Below the pieces are notes generated by a model, which was not told the DNA's origin, made no database searches, and saw only the letters and a list, made by a program, of their open reading frames with translations. The position numbers were made by a program, and so were the translations under genes. Shown here in pieces: positions 42,093-55,189 of a stretch of DNA of 64,000 nucleotides; within the stretch, counting starts at the first letter, position 1, and each line of letters opens with the position of its first letter. The DNA is taken from contig CM120648.1 of assembly GCA_051362555.1 (NCBI GenBank), positions 4,398,587 through 4,462,586 of the forward strand. The letters are read 5' to 3'. Origin of the DNA: Lingula anatina. Taxonomy: Eukaryota; Animalia; Brachiopoda.

Positions 42093-44673
42093 CCCTAGAC
42101 TTCAAAACGCGAAAAGAGACAATTTCGCCGACAACGGCTTATGTATATTGTTAACGTTCACAACTTAACAAGTGACTAACTTACGTCTCGATCGGTTGGT
42201 GAGATAGGAAGCAAGACTTCAAGCCGATTAACATATCTAGAAATCTTCAAAGGCGTAAAAACGGCGACGGGCAGGTTAACAGAGCTTATTAGTGAATTAC
42301 ATAGGTGACAGCTTTACCTGTTATCACTCCGATGACCCGCTTAATGATTTTATGCGACGTTAGATACTTTTCAGGCCATTTCAAACACAGAAAAATACTC
42401 ACAAAAAACATGGATTTAGGCCCCCTCCCTCCCCCCTCAATGCCGCACCGCACCCTTTAGATGCCGTCGTATATCTATACGAAGGCTACACGGCAGGATT
42501 GTGAGTGCTTAACGGAATCATATCGATTTTAAGCAGTAGGCCAAAATACCGAACCCTGTCCACACCCTTTTAGCGAATTTCATTCACTATGTTTTTCTGA
42601 TTACTTAGGTTCTTATATTTTATTTTCAGCTTGGTTTATTTTCTGCCATTCAACTGGGGATGTGTGTGAATGCCAGAGACATTATCATGGTATTTTCTTA
42701 GTCAATCAGCCAGCTTCTTGCTTCCTGGGTTTTTTCTTCGTCAGAAGAAAAATCCGCGACACGACAGTGCGGATGATGAAAGTGAGTAAAGATGAGGATG
42801 TCACGATTTGAGAAGATGCCCTCGCGATGACCTTCCCAAAAGAAAATGGCCACACGAATCCAACACAAAAATGAGCATATCGCAAAAATTTGGCTCTTGA
42901 AGTGACTGCAAGAACCTGAGATAATCCAGCGGCAGTCACACTATAGCTTAAGATGCACTCTCCAATGGCCCAATTTTTTTGCCATTAAGAGTCCAATTTG
43001 AACTTTCCTTTATCGTGTGTCCATCTAATGTCATTTTTGAGACAATTATATGGTACCTTCATAAGTGGAGGCATTAATGGCCCTGTCATACACGATCACA
43101 CTATCTACTGACCGCCACTAGTGACCACCAAATGACCCTCCGCCGATAAAGAGCAACGCACTGCTTCTACCTTCCGTTTACGTTGTGTTTCCACAAGTAC
43201 TGAAAGTCAGATTAACATGCAATATGGATGAACTTGTTTCGACCCCGTGTCTAATTAAAGACAGAAATAAGTGAAACTAATTAAAAGGGACAGGCTAATA
43301 AAATTAATAACTATAATTATGTTAAATGTGCAAATCACGAGCGCTCTGTTTAAACATGTATCTAAAAGAAACACTTTGAAGGTGACTTGATTCTTCTTTT
43401 GTTTTTGGTCAGACGTACGTCATGAGACATTACCTGTACATGCTTCTGTTTATTTTAAAATTATTTTTGTTATTTCCATTATGAACTTAATGTCATGCAA
43501 TATTACACGCGCAGGTCGGGAGTGCATTTTATGGCCAGTTTTACTGTTTGACAGAAGCACAGTATTGTACATTTTAACACTACATTGTCTGAAAACAATC
43601 CTTTGCTTGGTGCTTGTATATCTCCCCGTATATAATAAGCCAGAAGTTAAAAAACAACTACATGTGCTTGTGTGGCATAATGGAGGTGAAAATGGAAGGA
43701 AAAGCAAGATGGCATAAAAAGCTAAAAGCCAGTGGAAACAGAAGCCACAAAGAGGAAATAAGGAAGACACTTGAAGTTAACCGATAAACCCTTAGACAAG
43801 ATAATAATAATAATAATGATCAACGACAATGACACCTTAAACATCTCCAACGCAAAAAATAAAAAAGGAAAAGAAGAAAAACATAATTACAAGCAGAGTA
43901 GACTACTTCGTAAAAATTGGTATATAAAGATTAGCAAAATAAGTAAAGAATTCTTTGCCCAAGTGCTCAAACCTCTGGATAATAATGATACTGGAATGCA
44001 TAATAAAAGATGACTCTCCAAATAAACATGAAAACTTGCCCAGTACATGGTTTGGGACGTGCAAAAAAAAAAATGTCTATTAGTAATTAGGTTTTTGCAT
44101 CAAAATGCAATCTCAACTGACATAGAAAAAGAAAGAAAACCTAAAAAGGTTGGCAAAATCTGTAATGTTGTCAGGGCAACCGTATTAAATTTTATTTATA
44201 AATTTGCGCCAAATACCAACCAAAAAGATGTCATCATTCTGCTCATTTACAATTACAAGAACTAATCCGGATCTGCTTAGTTCTTTGCTGGTAACCTAAA
44301 TTGTGACATTACGCTAAAAGCCGAATTTAAATGTCGTCATGTTCATCGTTTATACTGTATGCTACAGATCAAGGACTTACGGGAAATAACCAAGAATTAT
44401 TGTAGATTCACATGTGTTATATATGTACTGCAAAAACAGAACCATCTTATGAATAAAAAGATCGTACAAAAATGTAATTGCTATTTGATGAAGGATAACG
44501 ATGAGTCACATTCCAACAGAGTAAATGTCAGGAGCGTAAACACCACCCTTTAATTCCATATATCGTCTAATTACAAGTCATGCTGATACTATCCACTAAT
44601 TCCTCGGTATTTTAGTAGGAATCCTGATTTCAAATTTGATATTGAGAATTTTTTCCAAAAGCGCTTATTTACA

Positions 44674-44674
44674 A

Positions 44675-44729
<55 letters not shown>
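44674..44729. repeat. (AAAT)n microsatellite
   Basis: Direct reading; an (AGAT)n tract lies at ~37125-37165 and a 40-nt poly(A) at ~30528-30567. Confidence 0.95.
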
Positions 44730-46811
44730 AATCAATTATATATTTGTTGAAATAAAGCTAATAGGTCCAGACGTTTTATTTTATGCTTCAAGTTATGTGC
44801 TATTAAAGAATGAAAGCTCTCGTAATTTTAAATCGAAATGCTCTTTCAAATGAAAACCACGAAAAGACCAAAATGAAACATTTATTTTTGTTTAATACAA
44901 CTGAACAAAGTCGCATGTGTCTTTTATACATACCCTGAAAATTTTCTAAATATCCTTGAAAATAAATACCGATAAGCTTAATTTCTTACCCTCAATCCCA
45001 TTGCTCAAATTAAATGTAATCCAATATAATCTATGATTAACATGAAATTTGGAAATTTAAGATAAAGAGCCAAACATTACTGTTGAAATACCCCAAAACT
45101 TTCTTCGGAGCAGTAGCTTTATTTTCTTTTATGGCGCTTGCAATGGTAATTATCCCGGCAAGTACATAGCCTGCTAGCGAAAACAAGCGAGGTGTTATAA
45201 CGGTTGTAGGCCGCATACACAACAGCAGAATAACTAGTCCACGGATCAAGTATGGCCGACCCACTTGAATACTTGTTGCGTAATCTATTCAGTGTCTATT
45301 AGGGAATAAGACGGCAAGCTTTTAGGTGGGTCGCCTAACTAACTAGTCGAATGCGGCCCTAGAAGAGAGTGGGCCCCGAAATCATGACTAACGAGCGAGC
45401 GTGGAGCAGGAAGAAGGAAAGCTGACAGATATTATCAAAGGATTTTTTGGTCGTTTTCTGTCACGTTCAGTAGAATTGCAGTCTATGGCACAACGACACA
45501 AATGTTTTTATATCTCAATTAAAATAAGAATTAAACTTCACCATTGTATTTATTTCTAAGACAACATCCTTGTGCATACATTCTCGCGCTCTAAACTTCA
45601 AGTTAACACCACCCTCATTTTCACATGTTTTGTGGTCTCATATACCAATTCCTACATCCTCGTTCTGGGCAATCTCGGATGATTTTCATTGGTAAACACG
45701 TGTAGGGAATTTGTATACATGCATGTATCTCATGCGGTCAAAGAAGAATTTATGTATGTGCAGGATGGTTGACAAGAAGACAAATTTGTATATAGTCTAT
45801 CATATATGTACATTGACAGTTGGTGTCGAAAAATATTCTTATGTTCATGTGAAATCGAAAAGGAAGGTATCAATTTCACACATGATAATGTGCTGTCCTT
45901 TCACCTTATCAGCACCCCTAATTTTCTCATGATCAGCTATTATAAAACAATTTCAGCAATTTACTTCTCCTGCGGTTAGGGCGAAATTTTTTAAATTATA
46001 GCGTTCAACCAGAAATACTTGAACTAACAAGCGCTGTCCAGTTGTTACCAGTGCTTATCGCAGGGCTTCATGTTGTTTGTACACATCAGTAAACCACTCA
46101 TTAAAAGCTATTTTACTGCAATGAGAATATATTGTTGGGGTGATTTGTGCAGACAGGCCGCTACCGGGCATCCTAACTTGTTTGTATGTTCTCCGCCAGG
46201 CGGCACTGTACAAAACACTCGAACAACATCACCTTTCTACATAATGACAGGATTCCAAATCAAAATAACTCAAACATATTTTTAAAACGAAATTTTGTCA
46301 ATGCTTTAAGATATGGTTTGCTGTTCATACATATGTCAATGCGGATTTTTCTCCGGTGTAACAGGAATGGAAATCCGCTAGGAACCGTACATGTAGTCTT
46401 CTTCCCATTACTAAATGTACACATGAAATTCGTCCCATACAGGCTAGTTACTCCATTACTCCAACTAACCCTAAACTGTACTAATCATATGGGAGCCCTT
46501 CCATTCCTAGGACTTCCATTCCTGTTACACTGGTACGTTTTCGATAAAGTACTGTATAAAGCCATATATTGAATTTTTTTATTTCAAAAATGCAGGTGCA
46601 GCAAGACCATGGCAAACGTGTGACTGCGGGGGAAAACTAGGCAATCTTCCATAAATGCCTCGAAGTTTCTTATTCTTGTGATGGATTAAACGAGAAATTT
46701 CACGAGATCAAGCTCAAATCAAGCTCTGAAAATGTTGCAGACTCAACTGTTGTACAGATATTCACCAAGATATTTCACCAAGAGCAGAGTTACAACTTAG
46801 ACTGCGTTAGT

Positions 46812-47043
46812 TCCATAAACCCATCGTTCTAGCTGGATCGATCTAACTCTATGGGCCTCTCGCTAATAAAAGTGTTTTCAGTGTAATCAGCTTTATTGTC
46901 TGGCATGCCCCCTTGAGTAACTACGCTATCGCTAATTATCCTCAAGCAGCCGGATAATTAAGCCGCTTACACTGATTGCAATTTGCTAGAATCCACTACA
47001 GCACAGTTAGACCAAACCAGCTAGTACGATTGGTTAATGGGAA
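46812..47043. mobile_element. Degenerate TIR element
   Basis: ~40-bp imperfect inverted termini ttccataaacccatcgttctagctggatcgatctaact / agttagaccaaaccagctagtacgattggttaatgggaa. Confidence 0.6.
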
Positions 47044-47183
47044 TTCTCCCTTATGTTCACGGGACAGCCTCTGACAAAACACCCACTTTAAGGCGCATGC
47101 GCCATTTCATGCCATGTGCTCAAAGAGTTCTCAGAAAACCCTAGGCCCTAGGCTGATTAATGAGTTATTCTGGGTGAAAAACA

Positions 47184-47233
<50 letters not shown>

Positions 47234-48047
47234 CCAAAAGTAACTTACTGGATCACATTTTGCCTGCTGATTAATGATATGATTTACACATTAAATGACG
47301 CGAATAAAAGTACATGACTACCGTTCCAATGCGGTAGATGTGGCAGTTGGAATGTGTTGGCTATCCGTATACAATCATTTCCGCTTTTAAGTATAATGGT
47401 ACTTTAATAATCTTAGTATATTGTTGCTGTTGCTGTGCGGCAGATGTGACAATCTGAATGTGACTTTTTTTCCTTCGTAGTCAGTCCATATAATGCACCG
47501 TAAATGGTAAATCTTTTAAAATCCTAGAAAGAAGCAATTTGACAAGGACTGAACACTATTCTACAGTCATTGAAGTCACCTAGCACGGGTAATCTATGCC
47601 TTCTAGATTGTGACACATGTTTAAGTCACTACAGGCGTTGTTGTCTAGACAAAATCATACTTCGCATGACATCTCTTATCTACCTCATGCCGATCTTCCC
47701 GCTAGACGTCTTTTTTTTCTGCTTTTACATCAAGAACCAATGGTGTTTAATGTGATGAAAAATAGTTTTTAAAGAAAAAATACTGCAGTTTACCACAATT
47801 ACCATGTTCGCCAGCCATTTCACCACGTCTTTAACTTGCAATGTGAGCTTAAACTGCACTGTGTGAGAAAAGTGCAGCAATGAATCAACACATGTCGTAA
47901 GAAAAGATAAGAGAAGCCTTAGAGGTATGTTCTGAATTATAGAATTGGTATTGTCTTGATTGTGTTGGAGGTGAGACAGTGCATTGTGGTGTCCCTCTGG
48001 TGGGAGTTTTGAATCGTGTAATGTAAGGAATCCATTTTGGTGGAGTC

Positions 48048-48215
48048 AAAGGTGCGAATCCAGAGATATTTTTTGACAGTCTTCCAAATTATCATCGCTG
48101 TTCCATCCTCCAGTTTGACCGTCTTCCGACAGAAAAAAATTACATACCCGTCATTGTAAACTTGAAAATCTGACCGTCTTCCGGAAGACCCAGGAGACGG
48201 CCTAAATCCGCCCTT
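48048..48215. mobile_element. MITE family 2, diverged copy
   Basis: Same internal sequence; ends cctaaatccgcccttg. Confidence 0.8.
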
Positions 48216-51200
48216 GGAGACACGTGTTGCTTGTAAAGAAAACAGTTGTGCACCTTTGCGTGGCGTTTTTTTTTTTTTTTTTTTTTTTTTTGTTGCATGA
48301 GCTATCGCGAATGCCCTTTGTGCTTGACAAAGTTCTATCCATGGGTATGAAGTTGACAGTTTCTTATAAAACCTTACGAACAACTTAAAATATGTTTTAA
48401 TGATAAATGATTTTTGAGTACGAGAAAGTTGCTAATTTTCCCGGTAAATTCCATTTTGGGGGGGAAATCTATGGGAGTGTACCTTTAAATGCAGGAAAAA
48501 TATGAGCTTGCAGTCCGCCTAGCCCAGTGTGCAAATAGGCCTACAGCGCACGTAGGCCTACAGAGGCCTATGTATGCCTACGATGGACCTTTCAGTAGGG
48601 CCTACAGTTTTTTAATTTGTGAAAGTTCTACAAATGTAACATATATAAAACGCTTGAAAAACTAAAAATGTTGAAAGTACGCATGTAGTTTTTAAAGTTA
48701 AAGTTACCACCGGCACTGTAAATCTGTATCATATCAGAATTGCCGCTTTTCGAGCTTTGTTTAAGCATCGTCAATAGTGTAATATATAATTAAAGAATCA
48801 TCATTAAATAAATAAGATGTGAGAGAAGTTAGCGTTTACATACTCATGCACACTATTATGATTGTGAAAAAGTAACTAACAACCACTTCTTAAACTGCAG
48901 TTTATTTCTAACGTGAATTATAAACAGGCAGCTACTGACTGGTTGGTTGGTCGACGGACGCGTACGAGAGCTTAGCGCTAAAAAGCGATTTGTCACAACT
49001 GTAATTGGTAGAAACGCATTTCCTCAATTATAATTTAATCAGTAAAATTAATTTAAGCAGTAAAATAGTTAAAGTACCACAACCCTTGATAAAAATCACT
49101 TTTCCTTCGCACTCACGCCTTCACTCCCTAGCAGTTCAACGATAAATATAGATGACGAACTCCTTCTATCAGGTTTAACAAATAAAAATCCAAGGCGGAT
49201 AGGTTCCTTGTACTAGACCTCTACCAGGCATCGTGTGGAGCATGGACCTCATTAGGTCCATGTGTGGAGCAAAGGATAGAGGGCACTCAAACATAGCTTG
49301 CGTGTACAATATGTTCGTTACAGATAACGGATAAGGATTTTAGAGTGGAAATAAATATATTATTATTATTATCTTGGGTATTGTTCTCCGAGACACCAAC
49401 GGACCCTTGACCAAAATGAAAGTTTTGCTGAAACAGGTAACTGCAAGTGTCCGATTAACCGGTACCAGTCGGTACATTTGGTGACTAAGTGTATAAAAAG
49501 CCGCCGGGCTTTGTCAAGCCAGATAAACCGTGGCATTCTCAACAACGTTAAGAAACGCTCTTACACCGTTATTTGAGAAATTTCGTTTATATGATTAAGG
49601 CAACTACCAGTGCACGGGATGTTTTCCGCGAAAATTGTTTTCTTATTCTGGTATATTAAAAACCATGCATTACACGTTTAATGTATATTTCATGAGAACA
49701 GTTGAAACAGGCTTTGTTATCTGCAATCTAAAACTATAAGAATGTTATCAAGGTACTGGTGCTGTGATTGTGCCTTAGAAAATGATGGGCCTAATATAAG
49801 CGAATTTGAATCTTGACTGCCTTTAATGCAACTTTGATGCTATATGTAGTTGTGATTACTCCATTAATATTACTTTGATTACTATTAGATGTACACACAT
49901 TTACACAACTGGGACTCGTGCTTACAGGACTTACAGTAGCAAACGATGACCATAATATGAGGCAAATTTTGAATGTCAATCGTATTTTATATTTCTCTTT
50001 TGGCTGTTCATAATTTTTCATAGTGAATATTACATATAAAGTTATTCCTACCAGCAAAAAACATGACTGAACACAAGACCAACGTTGGAAAGTACGTGTA
50101 TGTGTTCATGAAATTAGCTGTGTGCAAAGAAAGCAATATAATATTTCATTTTTATTCCGTTAACTTCGTTAACTACGCTTGTATCAAACACGATTGTTCT
50201 TCAGCAGTTGGTGCTTATAATATAATTAGTGTGGTATCTTTCTTTTTGTCAATTAAAAGCGAACAGAGCTACCTTACATACCCATCGATATTCTTTTTTA
50301 TCGCTTTTTCGTAGAGAAACACAACGGCAACGGTCACGTATCTTTGGACCTTACTCTCTTTTTGGTCCTAAGATACTAATATAATATAGATGTAGATCTA
50401 ATTGGTTAAAAAATAATAATAATCCTATAAATAATAATACAAGTTTTATTAAAACATAGCAACCAAAGGTAAAGTTACACATAAACTTGATAAGAATAGA
50501 AATTACAAATTAAAACATTTACATAAAAAAGAGAATATTCAATAAGACATTCGAAAATAAACTAAGCACAAACCTCTAAAAGCTTAGTGGAAGCAGAAGG
50601 GATTATATAAAAGATATACAATAAAGACCAAGATGTGATCCAAAATAAAACACAGCTGTGTACCTAAGTTGTCTTCTAATCTATTCATGTATTCATATTC
50701 ATGACAGTGATACCTACAGGCTATTTGTTAGGGCATATATTGAGAGGTCGTAGACAAGAAAACCCATGGTTAACTTGGTACATATACATGGTTATCGCAA
50801 CTCAGACCACCGTGATAATTATAGTATATGCCTAGGCTACCTTATCATCTGATAACGACCGGGGTCGCACTGGAGAAGTTCAGTCCAAAAGTTGGTCGTA
50901 ACTTTAATAGCAAAATCCAGTCTTCTTTGACTGAAGATCAGTCTGTATAAAGAGGTGAATAAACATATTTCGCCTGTTTGCTATCAGATTTTAATAGACA
51001 TACACGCCCCTTCTTGTGTGTTTCCAACGTACTAGTACTCGGATAATCACCATCTTCTCTGTTTTCTCTCAACGCCAAGAAGAGGTGCATTAGTTTGTAA
51101 ATCTGATTGCATTCCCCATGGAGTTACGTGTAGGTCGCAGTAGTTAGACCAACCTGACTCATCCTGCACGGCCTCTAACAGTTTAGACCAATTTCCGGGC

Positions 51201-52243
51201 TAAATTTCCTTTGTGGGACCAGGCCCTGATTTCCGACATGCTGGAAATTAGTGATGACCGATAATGTGTGTAATTACGTTGACGATACTGATCCCGTATT
51301 AAAACGTACTCGTACTGAGATGTAGATGGCAGTTCAGGATAAAGCTTGGAGAGAGCTGTCCACGTATCGTAGCAGTTGCTGGGTAAGTAGCGAAAGAAGG
51401 CTTTTAAAAAAATTTTCAACATTTTTATTAGATATTATACCTCCGGCAAGAAGATTATATTTTTGCCTTTGTTAGTTTGTTAATTTTAATTTCTTAAGGT
51501 TTAATTTCTTAAAAGAGCCAAACTCAGAAAGGTACGGATGGAGAATAATATGGTTTTTCAGGACAGGGCAGAAACGGGCTCAGTTAAAATTTAAATTAAA
51601 AGTTATCAATAATGAGAGTTGATCTCTCTGAGTGCCTTTCTAATTTCCATGGCGACTGTTTTAACAGATCACACTGTTAAACTGGTGGGTATTACAATTA
51701 GTTGGTATTTTTATAATTTTCGAGAATTTGTAAATATAAAACTTATCGCAAAACACGTGCTTTGAGAATGAACAAAACGTTGGCTTTTAAATGTTTCATT
51801 TTCTATTCTCGAAACAAGAAGTAACACGATTTCAAAGGTTTTGCAGAATTGAGTTATCTCGTCAAATTCCGACCCACGTAATGGTTAACGTTTCAAAATA
51901 TGATATCAGTTTTGTTGTAGACGTCTATAAAACCCATGCGTCTCATGCATTATCGTTAAAGTATTAATTATGAAACCAGTCTCCATGGAATTATTCCTAC
52001 ATGTAATTATGCGGACATTTAACTCGATTCCAAAGAACGTGTTAAATATCATATGTGTCCGTTCCCTTTGATCCATGTTTTATTATTAACCATTGTAACG
52101 ATGGAGAGATTAATCTTCCTTGATGCCTTTCTGTAATATAATAGTATTTCCTCTTATTAATTCCAGGAGAACAAACCCCGGTAGAAGAGTTTCAATATCC
52201 TACTTGAAGAAGAAAGAAGTCAGACAAACAGATAATTTAATAA

Positions 52244-55189
52244 ATGGCAACAGGAATAATACCAGCTCCTGGGCGTAAGTACGCGGAAACACTTAAATTT
52301 GCATACAACGCGTTAGCTTTATAAAGAAATTTGACCATTTAAATTGACTACTTTTTTCTCGGGATCTCAAATTTCATCCGTGTCATAGAAGATTATAACA
52401 TTACGTTAATATAAAATGAGCAAGAGGACTTAAAGAAAGCGAATTAAGTAAAGGAATTGATTTTACAAAGATATTCTAAAAATACATGTTGATAATGGCC
52501 AGAGAGAAATATTCGTGCTGAAAGTAACACTTGCCTTAAAACCCCGACTTGAACATGGGGTTAATTTTAACAACTGTACGTACATGAACCTGTTTATTGG
52601 TCAACGTGCTTACCCACCCTTGCGGTTAGTATCCAAATCTCAGATAAATATCTATTCATTTTTGACTGGCACGTGATCATTTGTATACAAATTGCTTACA
52701 TTTGTCAACCATGCGCTTCGACAAACATATTGTTAAGTTCACCAATAGTGATAACACAAGCCCACCTTGCTGTAATATACATTTTACTTTTAATTACAAT
52801 CAATATCAGTATCGGTGTCCAAACGTTCAATCGCTAATACATGTAGACTTCCATATTCATATTTATATTATCTTCTTTTTTTCACAGCACCATTGGCCGA
52901 TACAACAGGCACAGGTTTGTGGCAGCCGTGTGTGGGACCAGCCACCAACTCAACCACCTCTGTCACTTTCCCCAACACGTGTGCTGATGGGACACTTTGC
53001 GTGAGGAATTTTTTATTTTTTTTCTTCTCTACGTACCAAGTGTGTCTTTGCCCACAGACGACGTACCCGGATTTTGCGACGAGAACGTGTTTGCCCAGTA
53101 AGTCTTGGCGATAGGTGGTTTAAGGTCGATTAGGCAAGGATAAGGCAAATAGAATGGATTTGTCGATAGCTATAAAAAAAATTAAACGGAGATTTACCAG
53201 GCAGAGTTTTATCTAATGAAAACACATAGCTAATGAAAGTGTTCGAAAATTTAGGAAAGGAGGGATAAAATCTTGTAACATGTACATGACACGCCGCTAG
53301 GAAAAGGTGTGAACGCTAGCAATGTATTTTGAATATTGGTTTTGTTTCAGTTCAGGGGGCACCGTGCAATGCCAGCACAGACTGTAATTTCCTCACCTAC
53401 GACTGCATTGGCCTCTCAAGCTGGAGCATACCCAACGATGTGAAGGAATTTCTCACGGTAAGCCCCCCCCTCTCCCCTCACCCCATTTTCTCTCCCCCCC
53501 CCCCCCCTCTCTCACTCTCAGCATCAATTGTAATCTGCCTTGAGGCAATAATTAGAAAGCGCAGAAAATGAAGTCAACGCAACCTCAGCATTGCACTGAA
53601 TACTGTGCTACACCACATACATTACATGAGAAGATCGGTAAACCCTCTACCAGGGTGACATATTGATTTTCCAAAGATATTCACAGATATGTCTCTAGAT
53701 AAATAGACGGTCATTTTGGTCTGCTGACAAAAGACCAAAATGACCGTCTATTTAACTAGAGACTTATCTGTGAATATCTGTAGAAATTCGATGTCGCCCT
53801 GGTAGAGGGTAGAAGATCGGTATGTGTTGTATACTATACTTGTACCGTACGTGCATCTGCAAATCTAAATTAGAATATAGAAAACTATTCCAATAAACGT
53901 GATAAAGGGTCCATTGACTGTTGAAAGGAACGCCCTGGATTCTGCGTGCCGTCTAGGGAAAAGGAGGAGGTGTATAAAAAAAAGCACAGCATGATTTGAC
54001 ACGGTGTTAAGAAAGTTAAGGTCTGTGTAACTGTAACAGAGTGTACATTACACAGTGCCGTCCATTACATTCACACATGAGAGGGTTAGCGTGACGTCAT
54101 TATCACTACATCACAGCGGACTCACTTATCTTACAGTGGGGTTCCACAAACGGTGAATGTCTGCAAGAAGTATAGAGTTAACTGATGTAATACTCTGGCC
54201 ATGCCATTACATGATCTTCCTATAGCCATTTCTATATTTGATAACTGCCTTTGATGCTTTACAGCCAATGGTATTCTACATATGCAGCCAGATCGTGGAG
54301 TATCGTGTACTAGTACCTAATTACCTGTGCCTTGCGAACTCGTGTGTGTTCGCAGGAGTGGCATTCGGGATAGGAGAGGGCATTTCTGGTCTAGGAAGGA
54401 AAAAACGCAGCCTGAGCGGTAAGACCATCAAAACGGCATAATCGCAAGACTCATTTATGTAATACAGCAAAGTACTGGAGAGTGCAACCAAGCGAGGTGT
54501 ATTTGAATGTAAAATTTAATTGCCATTTCCTTCGCAATTCAACAGAACGCTGGGAACCTTTCAAAGATTTTTATCTTTTATCTGAAATTTCCCCCATGCA
54601 ATTGCTACGTGTCAGTTGGGGAAATTGACTAAGTGCCTTGGATCTGGTCATCCAGTTTGTTAGTCAATAAGTTCCGAAATCTCACTGATCACGATATTTG
54701 TAACCATACATTTACATTTACGAACATACATGTATATTTGTGTTTTTTCTTTGCCTAAATCAAACAGAATTCAACGAAGAGGAGTTAGCAGCGAGTAAAT
54801 CAAACGCAACAGAAGTGTGGTTGAAAGCCATGCGAACTTATTTCGAACAGTTTGGTCAGAATGGGATACCCGACGAGAATAACCTTTATAGTGATCCTTC
54901 GTCCACGGAATCCAAAGCAACAGGCCAGTGGGAGGTGGATGGAACAGCCGTTGTGGAGGCAGAGATGAAAGACAGAATAGCAGAAGCAAAAGAAGAAAAC
55001 GGGAAGAAGAGCTCGGAAAAATCTCATCAAATTTCGACAAGATCAATTACGAGTTCCTTTACTGGCGCGTGTGTCGTGCCGAACCTTCTCAACACGTTAA
55101 CGGAGTTAATATCGGGTCAAAGTGCGGAGAAGTTCCTCTTGAATTGCCGGGAGGACGACCTTGTGGCCAACGCTCAAACTAACAATTAA
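52244..55189 (+). CDS. Cluster paralog C: uncharacterised Cys-rich proprotein-like protein, 307 aa
   Basis: Exons 52244-52274 (MATGIIPAPG), 52888-53097 (PPLADTTGTGLWQPC...CADGTLCVRNFLFFFFSTYQVCLCP...TCLP), 53351-53457 (IQGAPCNASTDCNFLTYDCIGLSSWSIPNDVKEFLT), 54265-54418 (PMVFYICSQIVEYR...YLCLANSC...GISGLGRKKRSLS), 54768-55189 (...TEVWLKAM...CVVPNLLNTLTELISGQSAEKFLLNC...*). Total 924 nt, open frame. Confidence 0.87.
53641..53811. mobile_element. MULE-like palindromic MITE, paralog C intron
   Basis: ~80-bp inverted arms ACCCTCTACCAGGG...CCCTGGTAGAGGGT with 11-bp flanking duplication GAAGATCGGTA (9-11 bp TSDs are characteristic of Mutator-like elements). Confidence 0.82.

Noticed and set aside
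47937-48383. 148-aa ORF; also 6540-6866, 25604-25960, 11688-11915
   Set aside because: They run through MITE or Kolobok-like repeats and poly-T tracts with no protein motifs.
28837-55189. Cluster proteins as bindin or insulin/relaxin-family precursors, suggested by the Cys-rich N-terminus, RKKR site and C-terminal peptide
   Set aside because: No bindin core (LGLLLRHLRHH-type) sequence and no insulin A-chain CC-x3-C-x8-C pattern; only the processing layout is similar.
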